A DNA stretch of 64,000 bases from Candidatus Hydrogenedentota bacterium (GCA_045863335.1 BTVY01000002.1:211758-275757), one strand, 5' to 3'. Positions 1 through 9,835 are shown, numbered from the stretch's first letter. Numbers and translations are program-made. The notes: generated by a model from the sequence alone, not told the origin.

Positions 1-155
1 CAACTTTCTCTACTGCGCCAGTGCGTACCATGACAAGGGCTCGGCCAGGTTCGGGGTGTTGCGTTCCAAGTGCGAGACGGCGCCCCTATCACGCAAATCT
101 AAACTACGACAGATGACAAGTAGTGCATTTCAAAACAACCAGGAGAGGAGCACAC

Positions 156-506
156 ATGTCGAAACCGGACAAGAAGAAAACAGCCAAAGAAATCGCGGAA
201 CCGGCAACCAAACCAGATAACAAATTCGTGGTTGATTTGATTGTACATGTCAAAGACGCGGATGGCGATTACATCACTGATCAACTCGCCAACGTGGCGG
301 TCGATACCCGGTCCAGCGGTGACGAGGATCCTCCCGACAAGCCATCCGATGCCACTGGGAAGGCGGAATTCCTGAACCTCGACACGACCGGGTCCGTGAC
401 CTATGAAGTGTACGTTGATCATCCCAACTACTACCCGGAACTCATCTCGCAGTATTACGGCACGGGAGGGACGAAGAACATCTACTTTTACCTTGAGCCT
501 GCGTGA
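156..506 (+). CDS. Small hypothetical protein, carboxypeptidase-regulatory/transthyretin-like beta-sandwich with Lys-rich N-tail
   Basis: RBS AGGAGAGGAG at 141-150 and ATG at 156. Pattern LIVHVKDADG..ANVAV..SDATGKAEFLNL..YEVYVDHPNY..IYFYLEP is typical of this fold. No signal peptide. Confidence 0.65.
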   Translation: MSKPDKKKTAKEIAEPATKPDNKFVVDLIVHVKDADGDYITDQLANVAVDTRSSGDEDPPDKPSDATGKAEFLNLDTTGSVTYEVYVDHPNYYPELISQYYGTGGTKNIYFYLEPA

Positions 507-573
507 GTTGCTCCGAAGTGCCTGAACAATCGAACGAAGCGACCTAACCTATCGAATAGATTGGAGCCAATCG

Positions 574-951
574 ATGCAGAAACCAGGAAAAGGAAAATGT
601 AAGAAGTTTGAAAAGGCGGTGCGTCCATACCGAATTCGGCTGACCGTTTCCGTCCGATACGTTGAAGATCCGACGGAGACCCCGCCGACCCTCACGAATG
701 CGGTAGGAGCAATAGTGCATCTATCGAACGATGGTCTCTTCGGCGAGTCCCACATTCGGCTGACGAATGCCAGTGGAGATGCACATTTCGACATTGAGTC
801 CATTAGCCCTAGCACCTCATGGAGTATTCACGTTACAGGCGTACACGGAACCCCCCCAAAACTGTACGATCGCACCCGGTTCATCGAACTGGACCAGACG
901 GGAAATCAAAAGTCGGTCCGTTTCGTCATTGCGCCCACCGATCTGTCGTGA
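574..951 (+). CDS. Small hypothetical protein, probable paralog of the upstream beta-sandwich
   Basis: GGAG upstream of ATG. LTVSV..AVGAIVHL..LTNASGDAHF..WSIHV..VRFVIAP has the same strand pattern and a Lys-rich N-terminus. Confidence 0.55.
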   Translation: MQKPGKGKCKKFEKAVRPYRIRLTVSVRYVEDPTETPPTLTNAVGAIVHLSNDGLFGESHIRLTNASGDAHFDIESISPSTSWSIHVTGVHGTPPKLYDRTRFIELDQTGNQKSVRFVIAPTDLS

Positions 952-1347
952 ACTTCCGCAAACGAGGGCCGGGAATCCACGGCCATTCACGAAGGTGAAC
1001 CAAATGGATCGGCCATGCCATCGCCGGGACTTGAGCAACATTCCAGTTGCCCGGCTGGGGAAAACGCGGCCCGGAACGTGTCGCACGGAACTTCGCTGAA
1101 GAGGAATCGGCGAACGCCCTGAAACCCAGTCGGGCATTTGAGGCGGGTCGGCTGCCCATCCGACCGCAGTCGATGACGCAGTGGCGCAACTCGTCTCCCG
1201 GTCTAATTGTCATCGACGACACGCTTCTCGTCGTGTCGCCGCTTCGTCCAGAGAACCCGATGCCCACCTCTGGCATTGTCTTGCGATGTGCGGTGGGCTG
1301 AATGCATCTGCTAGGCTGCCCTCCGTCATTAATGGAGGGCCACGGTT

Positions 1348-2811
1348 TTGAAAGTGCTTTACATCGCCACGGAATGCAAGCCGTTTTCGAAGGCCGGAGG
1401 AATCGGGGACGTCGCGGGAGAATTGCCGCCCGCCCTGAAGAAGCGCGGCGTCGACATTGAAATCGTCACGCCCTGGTACGGATCAATGAACGTGATTGAT
1501 CGAGGAATTCCGTGTCACGGAAAGGACGACATCCCGGTAGGCGTTGTCCCCTCCCACCTCCACGGCGTGCCTCTCAACTTTATCAAAGCTCCCCAGTATT
1601 TCGAGGGTAAGTACGGCAGCGTCTACGTGGACAGCAAGCACGTCCCCTTCTACGATGACACCCTGCGTTTTTCCTTCTTCTCCAAGGCCTGCCTGGAACT
1701 GATTCGGCAGAAGAAACCGGATATCGTTCACGTAAACGATTGGGGACTTTCCTATATCTTCGCCTTCATGGAACTGGCCGGGCTCACGGCGGGTAAAGTT
1801 ATTACGATTCACAATATTGGCTATCAAGGCAATATGGCCCGCTCGCGCGTTCCGGGAACGGAGATGGAGCGGATACTCGACTCATCAACACTCGAACGCC
1901 TCTACCACGATCCGCGGCCGGAGTGGCATAGCGTCAACGCGTTGCGCTTGGGACTGGAACTGTGCGACTGCGCCCATACCGTTAGCCCGCAATATGCGAA
2001 GGAGATGCTCGAGCCGGAGGACAGGAAGCGCTACTTCGAGGGCGGCAAGGGATTGGAAGAAGTGGCGAATCGACTTCATCAGCAAGGCCGGCTGGCCGGA
2101 ATTCTCAACGGCTTCAACTACCGGTTCAAACCGACCGCTGAGGAATTCGAACGCTGCCTGAAAGATAAGGCCCGGTGTCGCAAACAAATCGCCTCCGATT
2201 TCGATAATCCCCAATCGTTCCTTATCGGGTTCGTTGGGCGTGCGGTAGAGCAGAAGTTTAAGTTGCTGACGGAGAAGCTCGACGGGCGGCCCGTACTGGA
2301 ACACCTCCTCGAATTGGACGGCGTGAACGTTTGCGTCTTGGCGACGGGACTGCCGAAGTATGAGCGGTTCATCAAGCGCTACAACCGCAGGAGAAACTAC
2401 TCCGCGACGGTGGATTTTCTCCCGGACAAGGCGCGGGCGATCAGCCTGGGCAGCGATCTCTTCCTCATGCCGAGCCTGTACGAGCCCTGCGGGATCACGC
2501 AGATGGAGGCCCTCAGTAACGCGACGCCCCCGCTGGTACGCGCCACTGGCGGTCTCGTGGACACGGTCATCCCCCACACGGCGCGTAACGGTACGGGGTT
2601 CATGTTTGACGGAACCACCAAGAAGCGGGTGCTTCGGAATCTCGTTGAAACCGTCCGCGAGGCCCGTGACCTGTATTTCAATGAACCGGACCAGTATCGC
2701 GCGTTGCAACAGCGTGGATTCAAACAGCGCTTTACTTGGGCCAAGGCCGCCAAACAATACATCTCAGAGATCTATGAACCCGTGATGCGCGGAAAGCTTT
2801 CCAGGGGTTGA
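1348..2811 (+). CDS. glgA: Glycogen/starch synthase (GT5)
   Basis: KVLYIATECKPFSKAGGIGDV (KxGG), HVNDW, TIHNIGYQG, MPSLYEPCGITQM, TGGLVDTV. TTG start with GGAGG RBS. Confidence 0.93.
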   Translation: MKVLYIATECKPFSKAGGIGDVAGELPPALKKRGVDIEIVTPWYGSMNVIDRGIPCHGKDDIPVGVVPSHLHGVPLNFIKAPQYFEGKYGSVYVDSKHVPFYDDTLRFSFFSKACLELIRQKKPDIVHVNDWGLSYIFAFMELAGLTAGKVITIHNIGYQGNMARSRVPGTEMERILDSSTLERLYHDPRPEWHSVNALRLGLELCDCAHTVSPQYAKEMLEPEDRKRYFEGGKGLEEVANRLHQQGRLAGILNGFNYRFKPTAEEFERCLKDKARCRKQIASDFDNPQSFLIGFVGRAVEQKFKLLTEKLDGRPVLEHLLELDGVNVCVLATGLPKYERFIKRYNRRRNYSATVDFLPDKARAISLGSDLFLMPSLYEPCGITQMEALSNATPPLVRATGGLVDTVIPHTARNGTGFMFDGTTKKRVLRNLVETVREARDLYFNEPDQYRALQQRGFKQRFTWAKAAKQYISEIYEPVMRGKLSRG

Positions 2812-2970
2812 TTCGCCGTGCGCGCCTGTAGACTGCTCGTACGCGATGCGGACGCGAACCTCAGTGCACAATCCCAGACGTAACCCTCCCGCCGGGATCG
2901 GTGTCTTTCCATGTGAATGGCGACGTGCACCGGCTACCACGCAGCCGCGAAACCCTCGGGAGGTGCAGTG

Positions 2971-4143
2971 ATGACCGATTTCATCAATCGACGGCGATTT
3001 ATGCAAGGCGTCGCGGCAATGGGTTTGGCCACCGCACTACCGGACGCTAACGCGGCACCTGACGCGCGCGAATACGGCGGGCCAAACGTTGTCGTCGTAC
3101 GCTTCGGCGGCGGGGTGCGGCGGCGGGAGACCATCGACCCGCAACATACGTACAGTCCATACTTTCTCCACAGTCTGGCGAAGCGCGGCACACTGTTCAC
3201 GAACATGGAGATCGAGCAACTCGCGGGCGTTGAGACCAGCCACGGCCAGGGCACGCTCTACACAATGACCGGCCGCTATGAGCGCTATCAGGATGTAGGC
3301 GGCAAGTTTCTGGGACAGCGCTTTGAATCAAAGTTTCCGACCATGTTCGAGTATCTGCGCCGGGAATACAACGTGCCGCCGCACCAGGCCTTGATCGTTA
3401 ACGGCGAGGATCGCACCGACGAGGAATTCTATTCCTTTAGCAACCATCATCTTTTCGGCGTTGAGTATCGTTCCAATGTGTTGAGCCTTTATCGATTCAA
3501 AACCTATCTCTTACGCAGACAGATTGAAGAGGGCGCATTCAAGGACAGTGAACGCACCGAGAATACGAAGGAACTCGCGAAACTGGAAGCCCTGGACTAT
3601 CGCGCGGGCAGTGAAAACCGGCAGTCGCGGGAGATCGAAGCGTTCTGGGAACGATGGCGGCAATTCTACGGGGAAACCGGCTTCGTCAATCCGCGAGGAG
3701 ATCGGCTGCTAACCGAACTGAGCCTCCGCGCCATGCGCGAATTGCAGCCACGGCTGTTGATGATCAATTACAACGACCCCGACTATGTCCACTGGGGCGA
3801 TCCGACGTTCTACACGCGAGGCATTGCGGTCATCGATGAGGGACTGCAACGGCTCACAGCGGCTGTCGAGGCGGATCCCTTCTACCGCGACAACACGGTG
3901 TTCGTCGTCGTGCCGGACTGCGGGCGCGACAACAATCGCCTCATGCCCGTGCCCTTTCAACACCATTTCAATTCGAAGTCGTCGCACGAGATCTTCGCAC
4001 TGCTCCTTGGACCCGGCATTGCGCGGAGCGTCACGGTCGACCGGCTCGTCCAGCAGGTCGACGTGCTGCCCACAATCGGCCACATCATGAATTTTGAAAC
4101 GCCTTACGCGGAGGGCCGTGTGCTCGAGGAGGCCATTGCATGA
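2971..4143 (+). CDS. Tat-exported alkaline phosphatase/sulfatase-superfamily protein
   Basis: NRRRFM twin-arginine signal, PNVVVV first strand, DPDYVH and PDCGRD metal-site segments, C-terminal QVDVLPTI. RBS GGAGGT. Confidence 0.7.
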   Translation: MTDFINRRRFMQGVAAMGLATALPDANAAPDAREYGGPNVVVVRFGGGVRRRETIDPQHTYSPYFLHSLAKRGTLFTNMEIEQLAGVETSHGQGTLYTMTGRYERYQDVGGKFLGQRFESKFPTMFEYLRREYNVPPHQALIVNGEDRTDEEFYSFSNHHLFGVEYRSNVLSLYRFKTYLLRRQIEEGAFKDSERTENTKELAKLEALDYRAGSENRQSREIEAFWERWRQFYGETGFVNPRGDRLLTELSLRAMRELQPRLLMINYNDPDYVHWGDPTFYTRGIAVIDEGLQRLTAAVEADPFYRDNTVFVVVPDCGRDNNRLMPVPFQHHFNSKSSHEIFALLLGPGIARSVTVDRLVQQVDVLPTIGHIMNFETPYAEGRVLEEAIA

Positions 4144-5324
4144 GCGCCGACACCCGGTCGATAGCATCGCTTTGGGAAGCACGCGTCCGCCGCGTGGGTG
4201 GAATTGCAGCACGTTTCTTAGCCGGCGTCATCTTCTGTCAGCGCGCAATACTTTCGCTTGCCGTCGTCGGCTGGACGTACCGGTTCATGCAGGGAAGCGC
4301 AGCGCGGTACTGGTATCGCGCGACTGGCGGGCCGTTGAAGTGCGGCTCGTTTTCCGAATTCGCGCAGAGCGATAGCGCAACAAAGTGTCTCGCGACGACG
4401 CCTCGCTTTGTCTTCGCTGAAAATGGTGATGAACTGCCCGCGAGCTTCGGGAGAGTTCGACGCGCCGCCCGGACGCTGACAGGCTCTCTTGTAAAGAACC
4501 TCAAGATCGGTCTGCTCGGTTTTGCTAACACCTCGGTGCTGGTTGCGCCTGCGGAAGTGCTGTGGTACTTCGGCTGGTTCGCGGGATGGCACATCTCCTT
4601 CAACAAGGTCTACGAGCAACACGCAATTGGTCTAACCATCTCGTGGATCGGCATCGCGTGGTTCATCGCGGCCATGTTCTACGTGCCCCTGGCGCAGGCC
4701 CGGCAGGCGGTGACCGGAGACTGGAAACGCTTCTACGACTTTCGTTTGATTCGGACTCTGGTCGCGCGCCACCGACTTGCCTGCTTGATGCTCGCCGCGT
4801 TCTACGCTGTGGGTTCGCTGCCGCTCCTCATATTCAAATTCGCACCCTACTCCCTTGGCGGCATGAGCGCGGCCATGGAGACGATGCCGAATGCCGCGCT
4901 CCTTGCGCGACTCAACCAATACTTTTTCCTGACCACCTTTGTCGCCTTCCCCATCTACGTGGGCATGCGTTTGCTGGCGACACGTATCTACGCGCGCGCC
5001 CTGCTACAGGCCGTCGCGGACGGCGCGGTTGAAATTGATTCGCTCGAAACCTTCGAGCGCGACGTACTAAGACGTTTGGGCGTCACGCAACCTGCCGCTC
5101 GAGCGATGCCAGAACCGATCGTGCGCCGGGTACCGCGCAAGGCGTGGCGCGCGGGACTCGTCACGGCGACGATCGTGCTGTGGTTCGCCGTGGTGGCGCA
5201 GGTCTACGTGAGCGAGTTCTTCGTCTATCGCGGCGCGCGCGGCTGGTTGAATCAGCCCCTGGTGCAATTGCCCTGGTTCCGCTATGTACCGGCGCACCTG
5301 GAGAATCCGGACGGTGCGCTGTAG
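4140..5324 (+). CDS. Multi-pass membrane protein of unknown function
   Basis: ATGA overlap with the upstream gene, about 7 hydrophobic segments, 394 aa. Confidence 0.75.
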   Translation: MSADTRSIASLWEARVRRVGGIAARFLAGVIFCQRAILSLAVVGWTYRFMQGSAARYWYRATGGPLKCGSFSEFAQSDSATKCLATTPRFVFAENGDELPASFGRVRRAARTLTGSLVKNLKIGLLGFANTSVLVAPAEVLWYFGWFAGWHISFNKVYEQHAIGLTISWIGIAWFIAAMFYVPLAQARQAVTGDWKRFYDFRLIRTLVARHRLACLMLAAFYAVGSLPLLIFKFAPYSLGGMSAAMETMPNAALLARLNQYFFLTTFVAFPIYVGMRLLATRIYARALLQAVADGAVEIDSLETFERDVLRRLGVTQPAARAMPEPIVRRVPRKAWRAGLVTATIVLWFAVVAQVYVSEFFVYRGARGWLNQPLVQLPWFRYVPAHLENPDGAL

Positions 5325-5347
5325 GACGGGAATGATTCCCGTCCTAC
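5321..5347. repeat. GTAG...CTAC palindrome (REP-like hairpin)
   Basis: GTAGGACGGGAA-TGA-TTCCCGTCCTAC, a 12-bp perfect stem overlapping the TAG stop codon. Confidence 0.6.
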
Positions 5348-5417
5348 TGGAACCGAATATGGATATCGATGCGCGCGCACAGATATACTCCGCGAACGCA
5401 AGGCGGAGTTTGTCCCT

Positions 5418-6461
5418 ATGCCAATTTCGCGACGACAGTTCATGGCTGGAATGGCGGCGGCCGCGTCCGGTTTAGTTTCTCTGGCCGCTTCTGACGTAGC
5501 AGCTCCGCGGTTCGCGACGCGTGGTGCGATCCTCGGCGTTCGCGACATGGAGACCTACGATTGGCCCGCGCTCGCCGCGTCGGCGGGATTGACAACGCTC
5601 GCTACGCACGTGACCCCTTCCGAAGTGGCGGCATTTATGAATACGGAAAAGGGGCAACAGTTCCGTGAAAACTGCACCAAGTATGGCATCGAAACCGAAC
5701 ACGAACTGCATGCGCTCGGCGATCTTCTCCCCCGCTCCCTCTTTGACAAGAATCCTGCGATGTTCCGCATGGACGATGCCGGCAATCGCGTGCGTGACTA
5801 CAATCTGTGCGTCCACTCGTCGCAAGCGCTGGAAGTAGCGGCGGAGAATGCGGCGCGGTACACGCGACTCCTGCCTTCCTCGACCGGCCGCTACTTCTAC
5901 TGGATCGACGACGCCGTGCCCATGTGCCGGTGCCCGGAGTGCCGGGCGTATTCCGACAGCGACCAAGCGCTGATTCTCGAAAACCATCTTTTACGCGCGA
6001 TTCGCTCCGTGGACGCGCGCGCGACGCTTGCGCACCTGGCATACGTCAATACGCTCGACCCTCCGACCACGGTCAAGCCTGAGGCTGGCGTGTTTCTGGA
6101 GTTTGCTCCGATCGAGCGGAGCTACGATTCACCACTGAGCGCGCGCAATACTGCCGGTGCGATGCACGATGTAACTCACGGCCGCCTGCTGGATGCGCTC
6201 GACGCGAATCTGGAGTGGTTTGGCGCGGAGAGCGCGCAGATTCTGGAGTACTGGTTGGATGTTTCCCGGTTCTCCGGATGGAAACGCGAGAATGTATCGG
6301 CCATACCGTGGAGTGATGAAGTCTTTCGCGATGACGTAAAGACGTACGCAGACCGCGGCATTCGGCATGTCACGACTTTCGCGGTATGGATTGATGAGGA
6401 TTACGTGGAACAATACGGCGTCGAGTCCGTCATGGCTTACGGCAGCGGCCTGAACGCATAA
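5418..6461 (+). CDS. Tat-exported DUF4838-like protein (putative glycoside hydrolase-like TIM barrel)
   Basis: SRRQFM Tat signal, FDKNPAMFRMD..G.R...NLC, DD..MCRCPEC, LAY..TLDPP. Confidence 0.75.
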   Translation: MPISRRQFMAGMAAAASGLVSLAASDVAAPRFATRGAILGVRDMETYDWPALAASAGLTTLATHVTPSEVAAFMNTEKGQQFRENCTKYGIETEHELHALGDLLPRSLFDKNPAMFRMDDAGNRVRDYNLCVHSSQALEVAAENAARYTRLLPSSTGRYFYWIDDAVPMCRCPECRAYSDSDQALILENHLLRAIRSVDARATLAHLAYVNTLDPPTTVKPEAGVFLEFAPIERSYDSPLSARNTAGAMHDVTHGRLLDALDANLEWFGAESAQILEYWLDVSRFSGWKRENVSAIPWSDEVFRDDVKTYADRGIRHVTTFAVWIDEDYVEQYGVESVMAYGSGLNA

Positions 6462-6464
6462 CCG

Positions 6465-7253
6465 ATGAGGAAACGTATGAGCGAGTCCATTGCAGTCACT
6501 CACGAAGACATGGTGTCGACCGTGACGTACACGAATCCGCCGTTCAATTTGCTTGATATCGAAATCATGGATGCGCTGGTCACCGCGCACCAGGAGGCGG
6601 ACGCGCACCCGGACACGCGGGTTATCGTGACGCGCTCGGGCTTGGATGGCATGTTCTGCAATGGGTTGAATCCCATGACGGTGCTGGAAGCGGACCTCGA
6701 CGGCCGCTCGGCAATCTTCGCCGGTGTCGGACGGATGATTCACGGACTCTACTCGCTCAGGAAACCGCACATCGCCGTGTTGAATGGCCCCGCCATGGCC
6801 GGCGGCGCGGTCTTTGCAATCACGGCGGACTTCCGATACTTGGACCAGGATCGCGGCGCCCTCTGTTTTGCGGAAGCCAAGGTGGGCGTACCCGTGCCGG
6901 AGGAGCTTGCGGCCATCATCGCTGGAGTGTGCTCGCCCGCGATGTTGCGCGAAGTCGTCATGCTCGGCAAGAACCTGAAACCCGAACAGGCCCTCGCCGC
7001 GGGATTGGTCGATGGGATTGCGCCCGCAGACGGCCTGGAGGAACTCGTGTCCACGCAGGTGGCGCGCTTGTCGCGATTGAGTTGCGACGTTGTGAAGGCC
7101 TGCAAAGCCAGTATTCGCGCGCCTATCTTGCATAAGACCGCGGCTTCGCTCGATGTGGAGAACGCGGCGTTCACGCGTTTCCTCTCGGACGAATATCTGG
7201 GCGAAGGCTTGAAGGCGTTTCTTGAAGGACGTCAACCGGTTTTCACGAAGTAA
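6465..7253 (+). CDS. Enoyl-CoA hydratase/isomerase (crotonase family)
   Basis: FCNGLN, KPHIAVLNGPAMAGG, AEAKVG, GLVD, EGLKAFLEGRQP. Start may be 6477. Confidence 0.88.
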   Translation: MRKRMSESIAVTHEDMVSTVTYTNPPFNLLDIEIMDALVTAHQEADAHPDTRVIVTRSGLDGMFCNGLNPMTVLEADLDGRSAIFAGVGRMIHGLYSLRKPHIAVLNGPAMAGGAVFAITADFRYLDQDRGALCFAEAKVGVPVPEELAAIIAGVCSPAMLREVVMLGKNLKPEQALAAGLVDGIAPADGLEELVSTQVARLSRLSCDVVKACKASIRAPILHKTAASLDVENAAFTRFLSDEYLGEGLKAFLEGRQPVFTK

Positions 7254-7433
7254 TCGGGCCTATAATCACGCGACCCGGGAGTATTGCATCCCCCCTATTT
7301 GAATTTCGAGCGACGAGGGCGCAAGTTCCGAATGAGAGACGCTCGTCGGCGCGAAACGGTGAGGCCCGGAGGAGAATCGACTGCTCCGGGCCTTTACCGT
7401 CGTCTAGCCATGGCGACGGACACGCGACCTTGT

Positions 7434-8222
7434 TTAGGCCGCTGTCAAAGTCGTTAGCCATTCCTGTTCGCACAGTTCCGCGATTGACGGCACGATTACA
7501 TCCGGCCGGTACGCGAACCGGCTCAGGTCCGCTTCGCTGGTACCACCGGACAAGACCAGCACGGTGCGATACCCCATCTGGACGCCGCCGAGGATATCGG
7601 TCTCCATGGTATCGCCGATCATGACCGTTTCCTCGGCGGAAAGCCCCAGCTCTTTTCGCGCGGCGCGCATCATCACCGGGCTCGGTTTGCCGACGCTGAA
7701 CGCTTCGATCCCCGTGGCGCGTTCGAGCATGGCAACGATCGCGCCGCAACCGGGGCGCAACCCTTCCGAAGTGGGGCAGTTGGGATCGGGATTCGTCGCA
7801 ACGAGTTTCGCGCCGCCTACGATCATGCGAACGGCTTTCTCAATATGCTCGAAGGTAAACGTGCGTCCTTCGCCCACGACAACGTAGTCGGGATCGCTGT
7901 CCACGATCGAATAGCCGTTGTGGTGCAAGGCCTGCGTGAGCCCGCCTTCGCCGATGATGAAGGCAGTCCCATGCGGTTTCTGATGGGCAAGAAACCGCGC
8001 AGTCGCCATGGCACACGTGAAGATGTGCCGCTCCTCGACGGGTATCCCCATGCGGCGCAGCCTCGTGGCCACGTCGCGTCCGGTACGCTGACTGTTGTTG
8101 GTCAGAAACAGAAATGGGATCTCCCGTTCCAGCAACTTACGGACGAACGTATCCGCTCCGGGGATCATTTCGTGTCCCCGGTAGATAACACCGTCCATGT
8201 CAATAAGGAACCCTTGCCTCAT
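7434..8222 (-). CDS. nagD: HAD-IIA hydrolase, NagD family
   Basis: IDMDGVIY motif I, LTNNS, TNPD, VGKPS, IGDTMETDILGG. ATG at 8222 (in-frame TTG at 8231). Confidence 0.9.
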   Translation of the reverse strand: MRQGFLIDMDGVIYRGHEMIPGADTFVRKLLEREIPFLFLTNNSQRTGRDVATRLRRMGIPVEERHIFTCAMATARFLAHQKPHGTAFIIGEGGLTQALHHNGYSIVDSDPDYVVVGEGRTFTFEHIEKAVRMIVGGAKLVATNPDPNCPTSEGLRPGCGAIVAMLERATGIEAFSVGKPSPVMMRAARKELGLSAEETVMIGDTMETDILGGVQMGYRTVLVLSGGTSEADLSRFAYRPDVIVPSIAELCEQEWLTTLTAA

Positions 8223-8702
8223 TCGCTTCAATCCTTTCCGGCACGGGGTGCAACCGTACCTTCATTTCGGTGTTGGTTTGGTTTTGCGTCAACAGCACGC
8301 GGTCAGACTGTACCGCGCGAAAGTTTGAATCGGGTTATCGATCGATGAGTTTCCCGCGTAGCCCGGATCAGCGGTGGGATTGGCCTCGAAAGCGGCTCCT
8401 CCAGTCGCATGGAATTGCGCAAAGTTCTGTACTCGCTTGCCGTATCTTTTCGGTCTCCCCGATCAGGATCCGCACGCGCGATCCGGCGTACAGGCTTCAT
8501 TGCGGCACCTTCCTGAGCACTGAGCCGCGCGCGTCCAAAGCAACATCAGGAGTGAAGGACACTGACTCGACTGCCGCATCACCTGAAGGAGTAGTCCGGC
8601 AAATACGTATGCGTGGTGAATGGCGAGATCGCTGTGCATAATGACGTACCCTTTATCTCCGTGGACCGTGACTTGTGAAATCCGGATACACATGAGCGTA
8701 TG

Positions 8703-8718
8703 GCAATCGCCATGCCAA
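8703..8718 (-). promoter_or_regulatory. Sigma54 (-24/-12) promoter pointing to the NagD-like gene
   Basis: Minus strand TTGGCATGGCGATTGC gives GG-N10-GC, matching TGGCAY-N5-TTGC. Confidence 0.6.
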
Positions 8719-9031
8719 CCCACAGGATCAGGAAATAGCCACGCAATCCATTACGATCAGATGCGTTACAGCAATGGTCAGCAAAGCAACAAACCCGCCA
8801 AAGCGACATTCCTGTAATTGCGAACACAAACAACGACGTATTCGTATCTTTTCAGCATGAAGTGTGGTGGAATCGCTCGAACACCACCGGCACGCGGAAA
8901 GGGCAAGTCGCATTGAGTCGTGTCAATCATTACAATGGGCAACTTCTTGCGGGTTGTTTGCCGGGTTCGCGTTCTACGTGGCCGACGGCGCTGGGGACGA
9001 ATCCACGATCAATATCATTGAAGGAGGCACG

Positions 9032-9835
9032 ATGGCGGAAGGGTTGTTAAAGGGAAAACGCGGGGTCATCCTCGGCGTTGCGAACGAGAAGTCTATCGCA
9101 TGGGGATGCGCGCAGGCCTGCGCTGCGGCCGGCGCCACGTTGGCCTTTAATTATCTCGGCGAATCCTTGGAGCGCCGCGTACGCAAGCTCGTGGACGAAA
9201 GTTTGCCGGGGTCGCCCGTGTTTCAGTGCAACGTGCAGAACGATGACGAGATCGCCGCCTACTTCGAGTCAATCAAGAAGGAATGGGGCACCATCGATTT
9301 CGTAATCCATTCCATCGCTTTCGCGAACAAGGAAGACCTCACCAATCAATTCATCTCCACGAGCCGCGAGAACTTCGCGCTGGCCCTGGACATCTCGGCC
9401 TACTCGCTGGTCGCTGTTGCGCGCGAGGCCGCGCCGATCATGAATGAAGGCGGCAGCATCGTCGCCATGTCGTACTACGGCGCTGAGAAAGTTGTGCCGC
9501 GCTACAACGTCATGGGCGTGGCCAAGGCCGCCCTCGAGAGTTGCTCAAAATACCTCGCCTGGGATCTCGGCGAGAAAGGCATTCGCGTAAACTGCATCAG
9601 CGCGGGGCCCATTCGCACCCTTTCGGCAAGCGCCATCGCGGGCGTACGCTTGATGCTGCGCACGACCGAGAAGTTTGCGCCGCTGCGCCGCAACGTGACG
9701 CAGGACGAGGTGGGCCAGTCCGCCGTGTATTTGCTTTCCGATCTGTCGTCGGGCGTCACGGGCGAAGTGTTGCATGTGGACAGTGGATACAACATCATGG
9801 GCATGTACGGCGTGGACGAGGGCGGTCAGGATTAG
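9032..9835 (+). CDS. fabI: Enoyl-ACP reductase
   Basis: GVANEKSIAWG, HSIAFA, ISAYSL, YNVMGVAKAALE, ISAGPIRTL. RBS AAGGAGG. Confidence 0.95.
   Translation: MAEGLLKGKRGVILGVANEKSIAWGCAQACAAAGATLAFNYLGESLERRVRKLVDESLPGSPVFQCNVQNDDEIAAYFESIKKEWGTIDFVIHSIAFANKEDLTNQFISTSRENFALALDISAYSLVAVAREAAPIMNEGGSIVAMSYYGAEKVVPRYNVMGVAKAALESCSKYLAWDLGEKGIRVNCISAGPIRTLSASAIAGVRLMLRTTEKFAPLRRNVTQDEVGQSAVYLLSDLSSGVTGEVLHVDSGYNIMGMYGVDEGGQD

Noticed and set aside
1271-1284. TGGCATTGTCTTGC, sigma54-like site upstream of glgA
   Set aside because: GG-GC spacing is 9 nt, not the required 10.
952-1317. Short ORFs (767-1099, 926-1276, 1047-1301) before glgA
   Set aside because: Mutually overlapping, with no clear RBS or motifs; treated as intergenic.
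8864-9031. N-terminal extension of fabI in the ORF track (likewise the 9541, 15347, 19869, 27676, 46449 and 62233 starts)
   Set aside because: Downstream starts have better RBSs and/or match where family homology begins; several extensions overlap neighbouring genes.
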